Shown: positions 17,452 to 25,626 of the stretch, in pieces
Numbering within the stretch: the stretch's first letter is position 1
Layout: each line of letters starts with the position of its first letter
Program-made: the position numbers and the translations under genes
Notes under the pieces: generated by a model
Told to the model about the DNA's origin: nothing
The model's database searches: none
What the model saw: only the letters and a program-made list of their open reading frames with translations
DNA from: Candidatus Electronema halotolerans
Lineage (GTDB): Bacteria > Desulfobacterota > Desulfobulbia > Desulfobulbales > Desulfobulbaceae
Length of the DNA stretch: 32,000 nt
Assembly (NCBI GenBank): GCA_942493095.1
Contig: OW818675.1
Coordinates: 2,520,001 to 2,552,000, forward strand
Direction of reading: 5' to 3'

Positions 17452-18264
17452 TTACTTGCCCAGCTCTTTGGAGCGGTCTGCCGCCGCCTTGACTGCCGCC
17501 ATCACCGTGCCGCGCAGGCCGTCCCGCTCCAGCACCTGCAAGCCTGCGATGGTGGTGCCGCCGGGCGAGGTGACTTTTCCTTTGAGCACTGCTGCTGGCT
17601 CGCCGCTTTCCAGAGCCAATTTTGCCGAGCCATACAGGGTTTGCAGGGCAAGCTGCTCGGCCAAGGGCCGGGGAATGCCTGCGAGCACACCGCCGTCAAT
17701 CATGGCTTCCAAAAAGGTGAAGACATAGCCTGGCCCGGAGCCGCTCAGGCCAGTGACGGCATCGAGCAGGCTTTCCGGCACTTCGACGCAGGTGCCGACC
17801 GCAGAGAATATTTTTCCGCACAGTTCCATGTCCTCATGGCTGGCAAGAGCATTGCCGCTCATGGCTGAGGCCCCGGCCAGGACCAAGGAGGGCGTGTTGG
17901 GCATCACCCGGATGATGCGGCGGTTTGCACCCAAGCCTTGCTCAAGCTGCCCGATGGTCACGCCAGCGGCAATGGAGATGATCAGATGCGCCTCAGTCAT
18001 AAGCGGCTGATAGGCGGCCAGCAGCGCCGCCATGATCTGCGGCTTGACCGCGAGAATGATGATCCGGCTCTGTTCCGCCAGCTGCGCCGCTGATTCTGTT
18101 GTCTGAATGTGATAGGTCTGTTCCAGATATTCCCGGCGCAAGGCCGCAGGTTCGGCAGCCATGATCTGGTCCGCCTCTGTCAGGCCCGCTGCCAGCAGGC
18201 CCTTGATCAGCGCCTCGCCCATCTGGCCGCCGCCGATCATGCCTGTTTTTTGCAACGCTGTCAT
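17452..18264 (-). CDS. proC: pyrroline-5-carboxylate reductase
   Basis: GMIGGGQMGEA dinucleotide fold and the C-terminal motif VTSPGGTTIAGL. Start at 18264 has AGGGA upstream; the ORF is open to 18306. Confidence 0.93.
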   Translation of the reverse strand: MTALQKTGMIGGGQMGEALIKGLLAAGLTEADQIMAAEPAALRREYLEQTYHIQTTESAAQLAEQSRIIILAVKPQIMAALLAAYQPLMTEAHLIISIAAGVTIGQLEQGLGANRRIIRVMPNTPSLVLAGASAMSGNALASHEDMELCGKIFSAVGTCVEVPESLLDAVTGLSGSGPGYVFTFLEAMIDGGVLAGIPRPLAEQLALQTLYGSAKLALESGEPAAVLKGKVTSPGGTTIAGLQVLERDGLRGTVMAAVKAAADRSKELGK

Positions 18265-18306
18265 ATTTTTTCCCTGTATTTTATCAGATTGGGCAGCAGC
18301 ACGCAC

Positions 18307-18337
18307 AAAAAAGGCCGCCCTTGCAGGCGGCCTTTTT
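18307..18337 (-). terminator. rho-independent terminator downstream of dsrC
   Basis: GGCCGCC (18313-18319) pairs with GGCGGCC (18326-18332) around a 6-nt loop. It is flanked by A6 and T5 runs, so it gives a U-run on either strand. Confidence 0.8.
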
Positions 18338-18359
18338 CACACAAGCTGAAAACTGTAAA

Positions 18360-18680
18360 TCAGACGCAGCCAGTGGGTTTGGGCAGACCTGCCATCTTGC
18401 AGGCTCCCTTGCCCGGTCCAGACGGGAACAGCTCATAAATCCGCTTCAGCGGGAAGCCGGTGGTCTTGGACAGAATACGAACCATAGGCGCGATGCCGTT
18501 CTTCTGGTAGTATTCCTTCAGCGCGTCAATGACCTTTTTATGCTCTTCGGTCAGCTCGCCAATGCCTTCGATGCCTTTGACGTAATCAACCCAGTCCTCA
18601 TCCCACGACTCAGAGCCGTTAAGCAGGAAACCGTCCTCGTCAACATCGTAAGTTTTTGAGTTGTGTTCAATAGTTGGCAT
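18360..18680 (-). CDS. dsrC: DsrC (TusE/DsrC/DsvC family sulfur-relay protein with both conserved C-terminal cysteines)
   Basis: 106 aa ending ...GACKMAGLPKPTGCV. The penultimate Cys plus a second Cys 10 residues upstream distinguishes DsrC from TusE-type homologues. Confidence 0.93.
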   Translation of the reverse strand: MPTIEHNSKTYDVDEDGFLLNGSESWDEDWVDYVKGIEGIGELTEEHKKVIDALKEYYQKNGIAPMVRILSKTTGFPLKRIYELFPSGPGKGACKMAGLPKPTGCV

Positions 18681-18758
18681 AGTTACTCTCCTTGTGAAAA
18701 GATAAATGAAAGAAATGAACGCCTGTTCATGGCTGTGCCTGTCAGATGGTGAAAGGAA

Positions 18759-18787
18759 CTCATACTATATGAGGCGTTGTTTGTCAA
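18759..18787 (-). promoter_or_regulatory. candidate sigma70-type promoter for dsrC (TTGACA-17 nt-TATGAG on the minus strand)
   Basis: The minus strand reads TTGACA at 18787-18782 and TATGAG at 18764-18759. This predicts a leader of about 70 nt before the ATG at 18680. Motif match only. Confidence 0.3.
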
Positions 18788-18941
18788 GATTTCTTCGCGT
18801 TTTTTTGCCCAGCGAAAACTCTCTTTTGTCTGCCCGATACGCAATCATTGGCTTTTTGGCTGACAACATGCTATGTTGAGCCGATCACGTCAGCAAAGGA
18901 CTGCTCTTTTTTGGCTGGAATTTTATTGGAGACAAAGCAAC

Positions 18942-20819
18942 ATGTTGAATGTATTACGTAAACAGGCGCAATCGCCGCTGATTCAGGCCATAGTTATGGT
19001 CATTGTCATCGTTTTCGTCTTCTGGGGAGTGGGCACGCATCTGAGTGGCAGACGCAATGCGGTCGCCACAGTCAATGGCACGGAAATATCCTACCAAGAC
19101 TACATGCGCTCCTACGAGCAGGCGGTTGAAGGCCTGCGGCAGCAGTTCGGCGGCAAGCTGCCGCCTGGCTTTGTTGAGCAGCTCGGCATCAAGGATCAAG
19201 TCCTGTACCGAATGATTCAGACCGAGCTGCTCCAGCAGGGCGGCGAACAGGCAGGCATCAGGGTCAGCAATATGCCGGTGCAGAAAAGAATCAGCGAAAT
19301 GAAGGTGTTTCAAGAAAACGGCGCGTTCAATCTGCAACGCTATAAAGACATTCTCGCCCAGAACCGGATGACCCCGGCCTCGTTTGAAAAAGGGCTGCAA
19401 TCAGACTTGCGCACAGAACGGGTGCGGGAGGCGGTCAGCAGCTTTGCCCTGATCCCGGACAATGCCGCCCAACGCTGGCTGGCTTATGAGAACGAGGAGA
19501 TCAAGCTGGCTTATGTCAAGTTCGAGGCTGCTGATTTCACTGACAAGGTGCAGGTCGATGACAAGGAACTGGCTGCCTGGTTTGCAAAGAACAAGAGCAA
19601 GTATCTTTCCGAGCCAAAGGTGCGGCTCAAATATCTCCTCTTTCAGCAGAGCGATGACGAAAAGCAGGTGGAGCTGTCTGATGAGGAGCTGAAAGCCAAG
19701 TACGAGGAGGACAAGGATCGCTACCAACAGCCTGAGCAGCGTCATGCCCGGCATATCCTTTTCCGGGTTGAGCAGGGCGCGTCAGAAGCCGAACGGGTGG
19801 CTGCGAAAAAAAAGGCGGAGGAGGTGCTGGCCTTGGCTCAGGTCAAGGATGCTGATTTCGCCGCCTTGGCCAAACAGTATTCTGATGACACCACCAACAA
19901 GGATCAGGGCGGTGATCTTGGTTTTTTTGCCGCCGGACGGATGGTGCCCGCCTTTGATGCGGCGGTCTTTTCCATGCAGCCGGGCGAAGTCCGGGGGCCA
20001 GTGGAGACCGAGTTCGGTTTTCATCTTGTCAAGCTGGAGGAAATCCGCCCGGAGAGCGTGCGTGGCTTTGACGAGGTCAAGGACAGCATTGCTGCGGAGC
20101 TTAGGCGGCAGAAGGCCAAGAGCCTGACTTTTCAGCGGGCGGCTGCGGCTTATGAAGACATCATCCGGGCTGGCAGTTTGGACAAATATAGCCAGGAGGG
20201 CAAGGAGCAGGTGCGGCAGAGCGACTATTTCTCCCGCAAGGACGTGCCTGAAGGGCTGTCCAAGGATCCAAAATTCCTTGATGCTGCTTTCAAGCTGAAA
20301 AAAGGCGAGCTGTCCTCGGTGATTGAGCTGCGGAACGGCTATGCGGTTCTGTTTGCTGATGACCTGAAGGAGCCGGAGCTGCCGGAGCTGGCCGCAGTCC
20401 ATGACAAGGCGGCAGCGGATTTTGCCAAGGACAAGGCGGCGGAGCTGGCTGCCAAGGCTGCTGCTGATCTTTTGGCGGCGAGCCGGGAGAAAAAGGCCTT
20501 GCAGGCGGCTGAGGGCGCGGCAGTGACAGAAACAGCATTTCTCAAGCGTTCCGCCTCAGCAGGCGAGAATGTGCCGCCGCCGGTGCTTGAGGATGCCTTC
20601 AAGCTGGCGTGGAAAAATGATCTGCCTGCCCAGCCGGTGCAGGCGGACAATGCCTGGTTTGTCTATGAGGTCAAGGAGCGGCTGCCCGGCAGCGGCGAGG
20701 CGGATGAACAGATGAGCCGGCAGCTTTTGGCTGCTGCCCAGCGCGACCTGCTCACAGCCTGGCTGGGCAGCCTGCAGGCCAAGGCCAAGATTCAGATCAA
20801 CCAGACCCTGCTCAAGTAG
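18942..20819 (+). CDS. ppiD: periplasmic chaperone / peptidyl-prolyl isomerase PpiD
   Basis: N-terminal TM anchor (MLNVLRKQAQSPLIQAIVMVIVIVFVFWG), a SurA-N-like region and a parvulin domain (GDLGFF...GPVETEFGFHLVKLEE). Start at 18942 has GGAGA upstream; the ORF is open to 18873. Confidence 0.9.
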   Translation: MLNVLRKQAQSPLIQAIVMVIVIVFVFWGVGTHLSGRRNAVATVNGTEISYQDYMRSYEQAVEGLRQQFGGKLPPGFVEQLGIKDQVLYRMIQTELLQQGGEQAGIRVSNMPVQKRISEMKVFQENGAFNLQRYKDILAQNRMTPASFEKGLQSDLRTERVREAVSSFALIPDNAAQRWLAYENEEIKLAYVKFEAADFTDKVQVDDKELAAWFAKNKSKYLSEPKVRLKYLLFQQSDDEKQVELSDEELKAKYEEDKDRYQQPEQRHARHILFRVEQGASEAERVAAKKKAEEVLALAQVKDADFAALAKQYSDDTTNKDQGGDLGFFAAGRMVPAFDAAVFSMQPGEVRGPVETEFGFHLVKLEEIRPESVRGFDEVKDSIAAELRRQKAKSLTFQRAAAAYEDIIRAGSLDKYSQEGKEQVRQSDYFSRKDVPEGLSKDPKFLDAAFKLKKGELSSVIELRNGYAVLFADDLKEPELPELAAVHDKAAADFAKDKAAELAAKAAADLLAASREKKALQAAEGAAVTETAFLKRSASAGENVPPPVLEDAFKLAWKNDLPAQPVQADNAWFVYEVKERLPGSGEADEQMSRQLLAAAQRDLLTAWLGSLQAKAKIQINQTLLK

Positions 20820-20846
20820 CCGTCCCACCCCTGACAATCTGGCCGG

Positions 20847-20884
20847 ACAGGCGGGGAGGAGAGGCCCCGCCTGTTGCTTTTTTT
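20847..20884 (+). terminator. rho-independent terminator after ppiD
   Basis: ACAGGCGGGG (20847-20856) pairs with CCCCGCCTGT (20865-20874), followed by TGCTTTTTTT. It separates ppiD from the SNF2 gene transcriptionally. Confidence 0.8.
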
Positions 20885-20914
20885 CAATTTCAATCTTTGC
20901 CTGTGCAAAAAGAA

Positions 20915-23900
20915 ATGTCCCAGTCAAAGCAAAAAAACAGTCAGATGACCTTGGTCCGCAGCCTGCCGCCCTTGGAGCAGTTTCTGCTCACTTTCATCTC
21001 CATAGTCTATGAGCCGGTCTCGACCGCCTTTCTCAGCGCCTGTCTGACCGGTGCCGAGCTGCCCGGTCTGCCGCAGAAAATAGGCGGCGACGGGCTGGAG
21101 ACTGCGGTCAGCAGGCTGCGGGAAATCGGTTTGCTCAACGAGTTCAACCAGTGTCCGCCAGACCTTGCTGAACAGCTCACCCGGCAGGCGGCGGCAGAAG
21201 GCCGTTTTACCGAGATAGCGGCCCTGATTGAGCAGAAGGCCCCGGTCTCCTACATGTACGGCAAGTGGTCAACCCGCTGCCGCCGCGCCCTGCGCGAGTT
21301 CCGCATCGGCCTGCACAGCAGCGACTTTGACAAGATTGACGAGGCTGCCGTCTTTCTCAAGGAGCACTGCCGGGAGCGGGAAGGCGCAGACCCGCCTGCG
21401 GTGCAGATTGTGGCCGAGCATTTTGACGCGGACTGGTTCCGGGGCCTGCCCGGCTCGCTCCAGTTTTATCTGCTCAATGAAATATTCCGAAACTGCGGCG
21501 AGCAGGCCGTGGATTATCCCCAGGTTGCCGCCTTTCTGGAGGACGAGGAGAACATGACTCTGTCCGAGGATGAGCGGGTGCCTTTTCGGCGCATGCTGGC
21601 CGGCTACTATCTGCTCCGGGACAACGGCAAGCTGAACCAGCTCTTGGCCGCCCATCCTGATTCCTTCCCCGGCTCCGGCTTTGCCGGCAGCGCAGTCTTT
21701 CTCCAAGGCAAGATCGATGAGGCCTTGCAGCTGTTTGACCAGGACTTGGTCCTGCTCAACAAGTACGCTGGCCCGGAAGGCAGTTTCTTCTTCAACAGCA
21801 ACGGCCTGTTCTGCATCATGGCCCTGCTGGCCCGCCGCCAGCCGGACGACATTGCCGCCGCCCGCCGGGCTGCCGCCTTGGTTCTCAGCCGCTGTCAAGG
21901 CAGCCCGGAGGAGCTGTCCTTCCGTTTTCTGGAAGTGTATGCAGTGGCAGCGGACGGGGTTGTGCCGGATCTGCGCATTCTCACTGAAAGTTTTGAACAG
22001 GAGGAGCGCAGCCTCAACACCCTGACCGCCGCTTTGGCCCTGCACTGGCTGGGCGTGCGGCTGCCGGAAAAACTCCAGGCAGGATTGGAGAATCTTTGCA
22101 AAAAAGCCAAAAAGAACGGCTATTTTTGGCTGGCAATGGAGGCGGCCCAGCTGCTTGCCTCTGGCGACTCCAGCCGCAAGGACATGGTCAATGCCGCCAA
22201 GACCTTGGCCAAGAAGAGCGGCTGCCGCAGCCTTGTCCAGCTCATCGCCCCGGATGACGAGTCATGGGAGCAGAGCTTGGAGGAGCTGATCAGCATCACA
22301 GGCCGGGCGCGGCAGCCGGAAAAGAGAAGCCGTCTGGCTTGGACCGTGGAGTTTGCTGACGGCAGGATGACCCTGGCGGCCAAGGAGCAGAAAAAAAAGG
22401 CGGGCGGCAAATGGACCAAGGGCAAGGGCATTGGCCTCAACCGGCTGATGCCGCCGTCCAATGTTGATTTTCTCAGTCCGCAGGATCTGAAGATTTGCGC
22501 CGCCCTGCGTCAAGTCGGCGATCCCAGCTCCCGCAATGGCGGCTGCGACTTTGACATGAACGAGGCCCTGCCCGCCTTGGTTGGCCATCCTTTGGTCTTT
22601 CTGGAAAAAACCAATGTGCCGGTCGAGATTGTCGCGGGCGAGCCGGAGCTGATGGTCGAGTCGCAAGACGACCACCTCTTCATCCACTTTTTGCAGGAGA
22701 TCGGCGAAGGCCGGGTGACGGTCTGGCAGGAGACCCCGACCCGCTTCCGCATTATGGAAATCAACGAGGAGCACCGACGGGTGGCCGGCATCATCGGGCC
22801 GGGTGGCAAACGCTATCCAGAGGCGGCTGGCAGCCAAGTCTTGAGCGCCATCGGCAACATGGCCTCGTTCATGACCGTGCATTCCTCCATTGACGTGGGC
22901 AGCGCGGATCAGAATGTCAAAACCGTTGAGGCGGACCCGACCATTCACATTCATATTATTCCTTATGGCAGCGGCTTCCGGCTGGAGATGTTTGTCCAGC
23001 CCTTTTCCCGCAAAGGGCCGTATCTCAAGCCAGGCGCAGGTGTGGCCAATCTGATGGCTGAGGTCGGCGGGCGGCGGATGCAGACCCGGCGCAATCTTCG
23101 TCTGGAAGAGGAGAAGGCCCGCGAGATTGAGGAGAGCTGCCCAATTCTCGACCTTGCCACAGACTTGGCCCAGGAAAACGACCGCGAGTGGCATCTGCTC
23201 GACCCGGAAGAATGTCTGCAAGCCCTGCTGGAGCTGGAGGAAATCCGCGACCGGGCCGTGCTCGAATGGCCGGAGGGCGAAAAGCTGGCCGTGCGCAAAC
23301 AGGCAGGGATTGGCCAGCTCAATCTCAACATCCGCACCAGCCAGCAGGACTGGTTCGCCCTGTCCGGCCATTTGCAGATCGATCAGGATGAGATCATTGA
23401 CCTGAAAACTCTGCTGGACAAGGTGCGTGAGGCCCACAGCCGCTTCATTCCGCTTGGCAAGGGCCAGTTTCTTGCCCTGACTCAGGAATTCCGCAACCGC
23501 TTGGAGGAGCTGATCCGCTTCAGCGAAATCGGCGGCAAGAACACAGGCGACGCGAAAGAGGTGCGCATTCATCCGTTGGCTGCCTTGGCTTTGGATGATT
23601 TGACCAAGCAGGCTCAGACCCAGGCGGACGAGGGCTGGCGCAAACAGGTGGCCCGGATTGAGTTTGTTCAAGATTTTGTCCCGGAAGTGCCGTCAACATT
23701 GCAGGCCGAGCTGCGCGACTATCAGGTGGAGGGCTTTGTCTGGATGCTGCGCCTAGCCCATCTGGGCGTGGGCGGCTGCTTGGCTGATGACATGGGCCTT
23801 GGCAAAACCCTCCAGTCCTTAGGCGTGATTCTTAACCGGACCGAGGACGGCCCGACCTTGGTGGTTGCGCCGACCTCGGTCTGCATGAACTGGGAGCAGG

Positions 23901-25081
23901 AGGCGGCCCGCTTCGCTCCCACCCTGATCATCCGCAGCCTCAACAATGCCGAGGAGCGGAAAGCCACGATTGAGAACTTGGGCAGGCGGGATATTCTCAT
24001 CACCAGCTACACGCTGCTTCAGCAGGAAATTGACCTGCTTGACCAAGTCGATTGGCAGACCGTGGTCTTGGACGAGGCCCAGTCCATCAAGAATGCGGCC
24101 ACCAAACGCTCCAAGGCGGCCATGCGCCTGAAGGCCAAGTTCCGACTGATCACGACAGGCACACCAATAGAGAATCATCTCGGCGAGCTGTGGAATCTGT
24201 TCAACTTCATCAATCCCGGCCTGCTCGGCACCTACAAGCAGTTCAACAGCCGTTTCGGCATTCCGATTGAAAAGCACGGCGACCGCACTGCCCGGCGGCA
24301 GCTTAAAAAGCTGGTCCGGCCTTTCATGCTCCGCCGGATCAAGTCGCAGGTCTTGGAGGAGCTGCCGCCGCGCACAGAGATCACTCTGCGGGTGGAGATG
24401 AAGCGTTCGGAAATGCTCTTTTACGAGGCCGTGCGGCGGCAGGCTTTGGAGAACATCGAGGGCAGCGACCCCAAGAGCGGGCGGCATCTACAAATCTTGG
24501 CTGAGATCATGCGCCTGCGCCGGGCCTGCTGCAATCCCAAGCTGATTGACGAAAAGAGCAAGATTCCCTCAAGCAAGCTGGAGGTCTTTGGCGAGGTGAT
24601 TGAGGAGCTGCTGGAGTCGCGGCACAAGGCTTTGATCTTCAGTCAGTTCACCGGCCATTTAGCTTTGATCCGAGAGCACTTGGATGAAAAAGGCATCAGC
24701 TACAAGTATTTGGACGGCACCACTCCGGCCAGGGAGCGCATCCGGCAGGTCGATGAATTTCAGGCTGGTGAGGGCGACCTCTTCCTGATCAGCCTCAAGG
24801 CAGGCGGCTTGGGTCTGAACCTGACTGCGGCAGACTATGTCATCCACATGGATCCGTGGTGGAATCCAGCGGTTGAGGATCAGGCCGCTGACCGTGCCCA
24901 CCGCATTGGCCAGAAACGGCCTGTGACCGTCTATCGTTTGGTCACGGCCAACACGATTGAGGAGAAGATCGTCCGCCTGCATCAGGAAAAGCGCAATCTT
25001 GCCAATTCCTTGCTCGAAGGCACAGATGCGGGCGCACGGATGAGCGCGGACGAGCTGCTTGATCTGATCAGGGGAAGCTGA
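20915..25081 (+). CDS. SNF2-family helicase/ATPase with a long (about 930-aa) uncharacterised N-terminal region
   Basis: C-terminal core motifs: LRDYQVEGFVWM, ADDMGLGKT (motif I), DEAQSIKN (II), TGTPIEN (III), LIFSQFT, and GGLGLNLTAADYVIHMDPWWNPAVEDQAADRAHRIGQ (V/VI). The segment just upstream (DWFALSGHLQIDQDEIIDLKTLL...FIPLGKGQFLAL) resembles the bacterial SNF2-associated domain. Start is ATG 20915 or TTG 20897. Confidence 0.9.
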   Translation: MSQSKQKNSQMTLVRSLPPLEQFLLTFISIVYEPVSTAFLSACLTGAELPGLPQKIGGDGLETAVSRLREIGLLNEFNQCPPDLAEQLTRQAAAEGRFTEIAALIEQKAPVSYMYGKWSTRCRRALREFRIGLHSSDFDKIDEAAVFLKEHCREREGADPPAVQIVAEHFDADWFRGLPGSLQFYLLNEIFRNCGEQAVDYPQVAAFLEDEENMTLSEDERVPFRRMLAGYYLLRDNGKLNQLLAAHPDSFPGSGFAGSAVFLQGKIDEALQLFDQDLVLLNKYAGPEGSFFFNSNGLFCIMALLARRQPDDIAAARRAAALVLSRCQGSPEELSFRFLEVYAVAADGVVPDLRILTESFEQEERSLNTLTAALALHWLGVRLPEKLQAGLENLCKKAKKNGYFWLAMEAAQLLASGDSSRKDMVNAAKTLAKKSGCRSLVQLIAPDDESWEQSLEELISITGRARQPEKRSRLAWTVEFADGRMTLAAKEQKKKAGGKWTKGKGIGLNRLMPPSNVDFLSPQDLKICAALRQVGDPSSRNGGCDFDMNEALPALVGHPLVFLEKTNVPVEIVAGEPELMVESQDDHLFIHFLQEIGEGRVTVWQETPTRFRIMEINEEHRRVAGIIGPGGKRYPEAAGSQVLSAIGNMASFMTVHSSIDVGSADQNVKTVEADPTIHIHIIPYGSGFRLEMFVQPFSRKGPYLKPGAGVANLMAEVGGRRMQTRRNLRLEEEKAREIEESCPILDLATDLAQENDREWHLLDPEECLQALLELEEIRDRAVLEWPEGEKLAVRKQAGIGQLNLNIRTSQQDWFALSGHLQIDQDEIIDLKTLLDKVREAHSRFIPLGKGQFLALTQEFRNRLEELIRFSEIGGKNTGDAKEVRIHPLAALALDDLTKQAQTQADEGWRKQVARIEFVQDFVPEVPSTLQAELRDYQVEGFVWMLRLAHLGVGGCLADDMGLGKTLQSLGVILNRTEDGPTLVVAPTSVCMNWEQEAARFAPTLIIRSLNNAEERKATIENLGRRDILITSYTLLQQEIDLLDQVDWQTVVLDEAQSIKNAATKRSKAAMRLKAKFRLITTGTPIENHLGELWNLFNFINPGLLGTYKQFNSRFGIPIEKHGDRTARRQLKKLVRPFMLRRIKSQVLEELPPRTEITLRVEMKRSEMLFYEAVRRQALENIEGSDPKSGRHLQILAEIMRLRRACCNPKLIDEKSKIPSSKLEVFGEVIEELLESRHKALIFSQFTGHLALIREHLDEKGISYKYLDGTTPARERIRQVDEFQAGEGDLFLISLKAGGLGLNLTAADYVIHMDPWWNPAVEDQAADRAHRIGQKRPVTVYRLVTANTIEEKIVRLHQEKRNLANSLLEGTDAGARMSADELLDLIRGS

Positions 25082-25084
25082 CGG

Positions 25085-25612
25085 ATGCAGCCGGAGCGAA
25101 TTTTCCAGCGGCCTGCGCCGGTCGAGCGGCCAGATGCTGCGGCCCCGCGCTTCCTCCGCATTGGCAAGGCCAGCGTTGGTCTGCTTGGTCTGGACATTGC
25201 CCTCAATGCCGCGTTCCGTCAGCAGCTTCCAGAGCAGGAGGCTGCGGAGCTGCTCTTTGCCCGGATCAAGGAGCAGAACTATATTCCGCCTAGCTGCGAG
25301 GAGCAGTACCGCGAGGCCTTGCTGGCCGCCTATCGCAAGCATTGCGGCCTGAGCGAGGGTGACGAAGAAGGCTTGGTGATTCGCATTTTTGGCAAGGACT
25401 GCGTGAGCTGCAACGGCCTGCAAGCCATGCTCATCGACCTGCTGGACCGGCTCGGCTTGGCTGCGGACGTGGAGCTGATTCACGACCCGGACGAGATTGG
25501 CCGGGCCGGTCTGACCCGCACTCCGGCCCTGATGATCAACAGCAGAGTCAAAAGTGCCGGAATCGTTCCGTCTCCGGCGCAGGTGGAGCAGTGGCTTTTG
25601 GAGGAAGGGTGA
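25085..25612 (+). CDS. thioredoxin-fold CxxC protein (Thioredoxin_3-like C-terminal domain) with an unassigned N-terminal extension of about 95 aa
   Basis: 175 aa. The ATG lies 3 nt after the SNF2 stop. The C-terminal half, IRIFGKDCVSCNGL...TRTPALMINSRVKSAGIVPSPAQVEQWL, matches small redox-active disulfide proteins. I do not recognise the N-terminal half. Confidence 0.75.
   Translation: MQPERIFQRPAPVERPDAAAPRFLRIGKASVGLLGLDIALNAAFRQQLPEQEAAELLFARIKEQNYIPPSCEEQYREALLAAYRKHCGLSEGDEEGLVIRIFGKDCVSCNGLQAMLIDLLDRLGLAADVELIHDPDEIGRAGLTRTPALMINSRVKSAGIVPSPAQVEQWLLEEG
25513..25533. repeat. left copy of the perfect 21-bp direct repeat GACCCGCACTCCGGCCCTGAT
   Basis: Read directly. It lies inside the Trx-like gene (codons for LTRTPALM). 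Identity with the right copy stops at both edges (T vs C before the repeat, G vs A after it). Confidence 0.95.
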
Positions 25613-25626
25613 AGGGTGAATATGAA

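Noticed and set aside
16182-17492. 436-aa plus-strand ORF spanning the ypfJ-nadK region
   Set aside because: It crosses the boundary of two well-supported minus-strand genes, one with the HEVGHH zinc peptidase motif and the other a NAD kinase with GGDGT and NLGHLGFLT. It has no recognisable motifs of its own.
22262-23671. 469-aa minus-strand ORF inside the SNF2 gene, plus several 70-260-aa ORFs on both strands between 21228 and 25483
   Set aside because: These are shadow ORFs within a continuous 1390-aa plus-strand frame that carries all SNF2 motifs. Their composition is Ala/Arg/Gly/Leu-rich, as expected for out-of-frame high-GC readings.
25085-25612. Possible selenocysteine (in-frame TGA) in the CxxC thioredoxin-fold or neighbouring redox genes
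   Set aside because: The redox motif is encoded as CVSC with ordinary Cys codons. None of the redox genes is interrupted by an in-frame TGA that would need recoding, and I noticed no SECIS-like hairpin.
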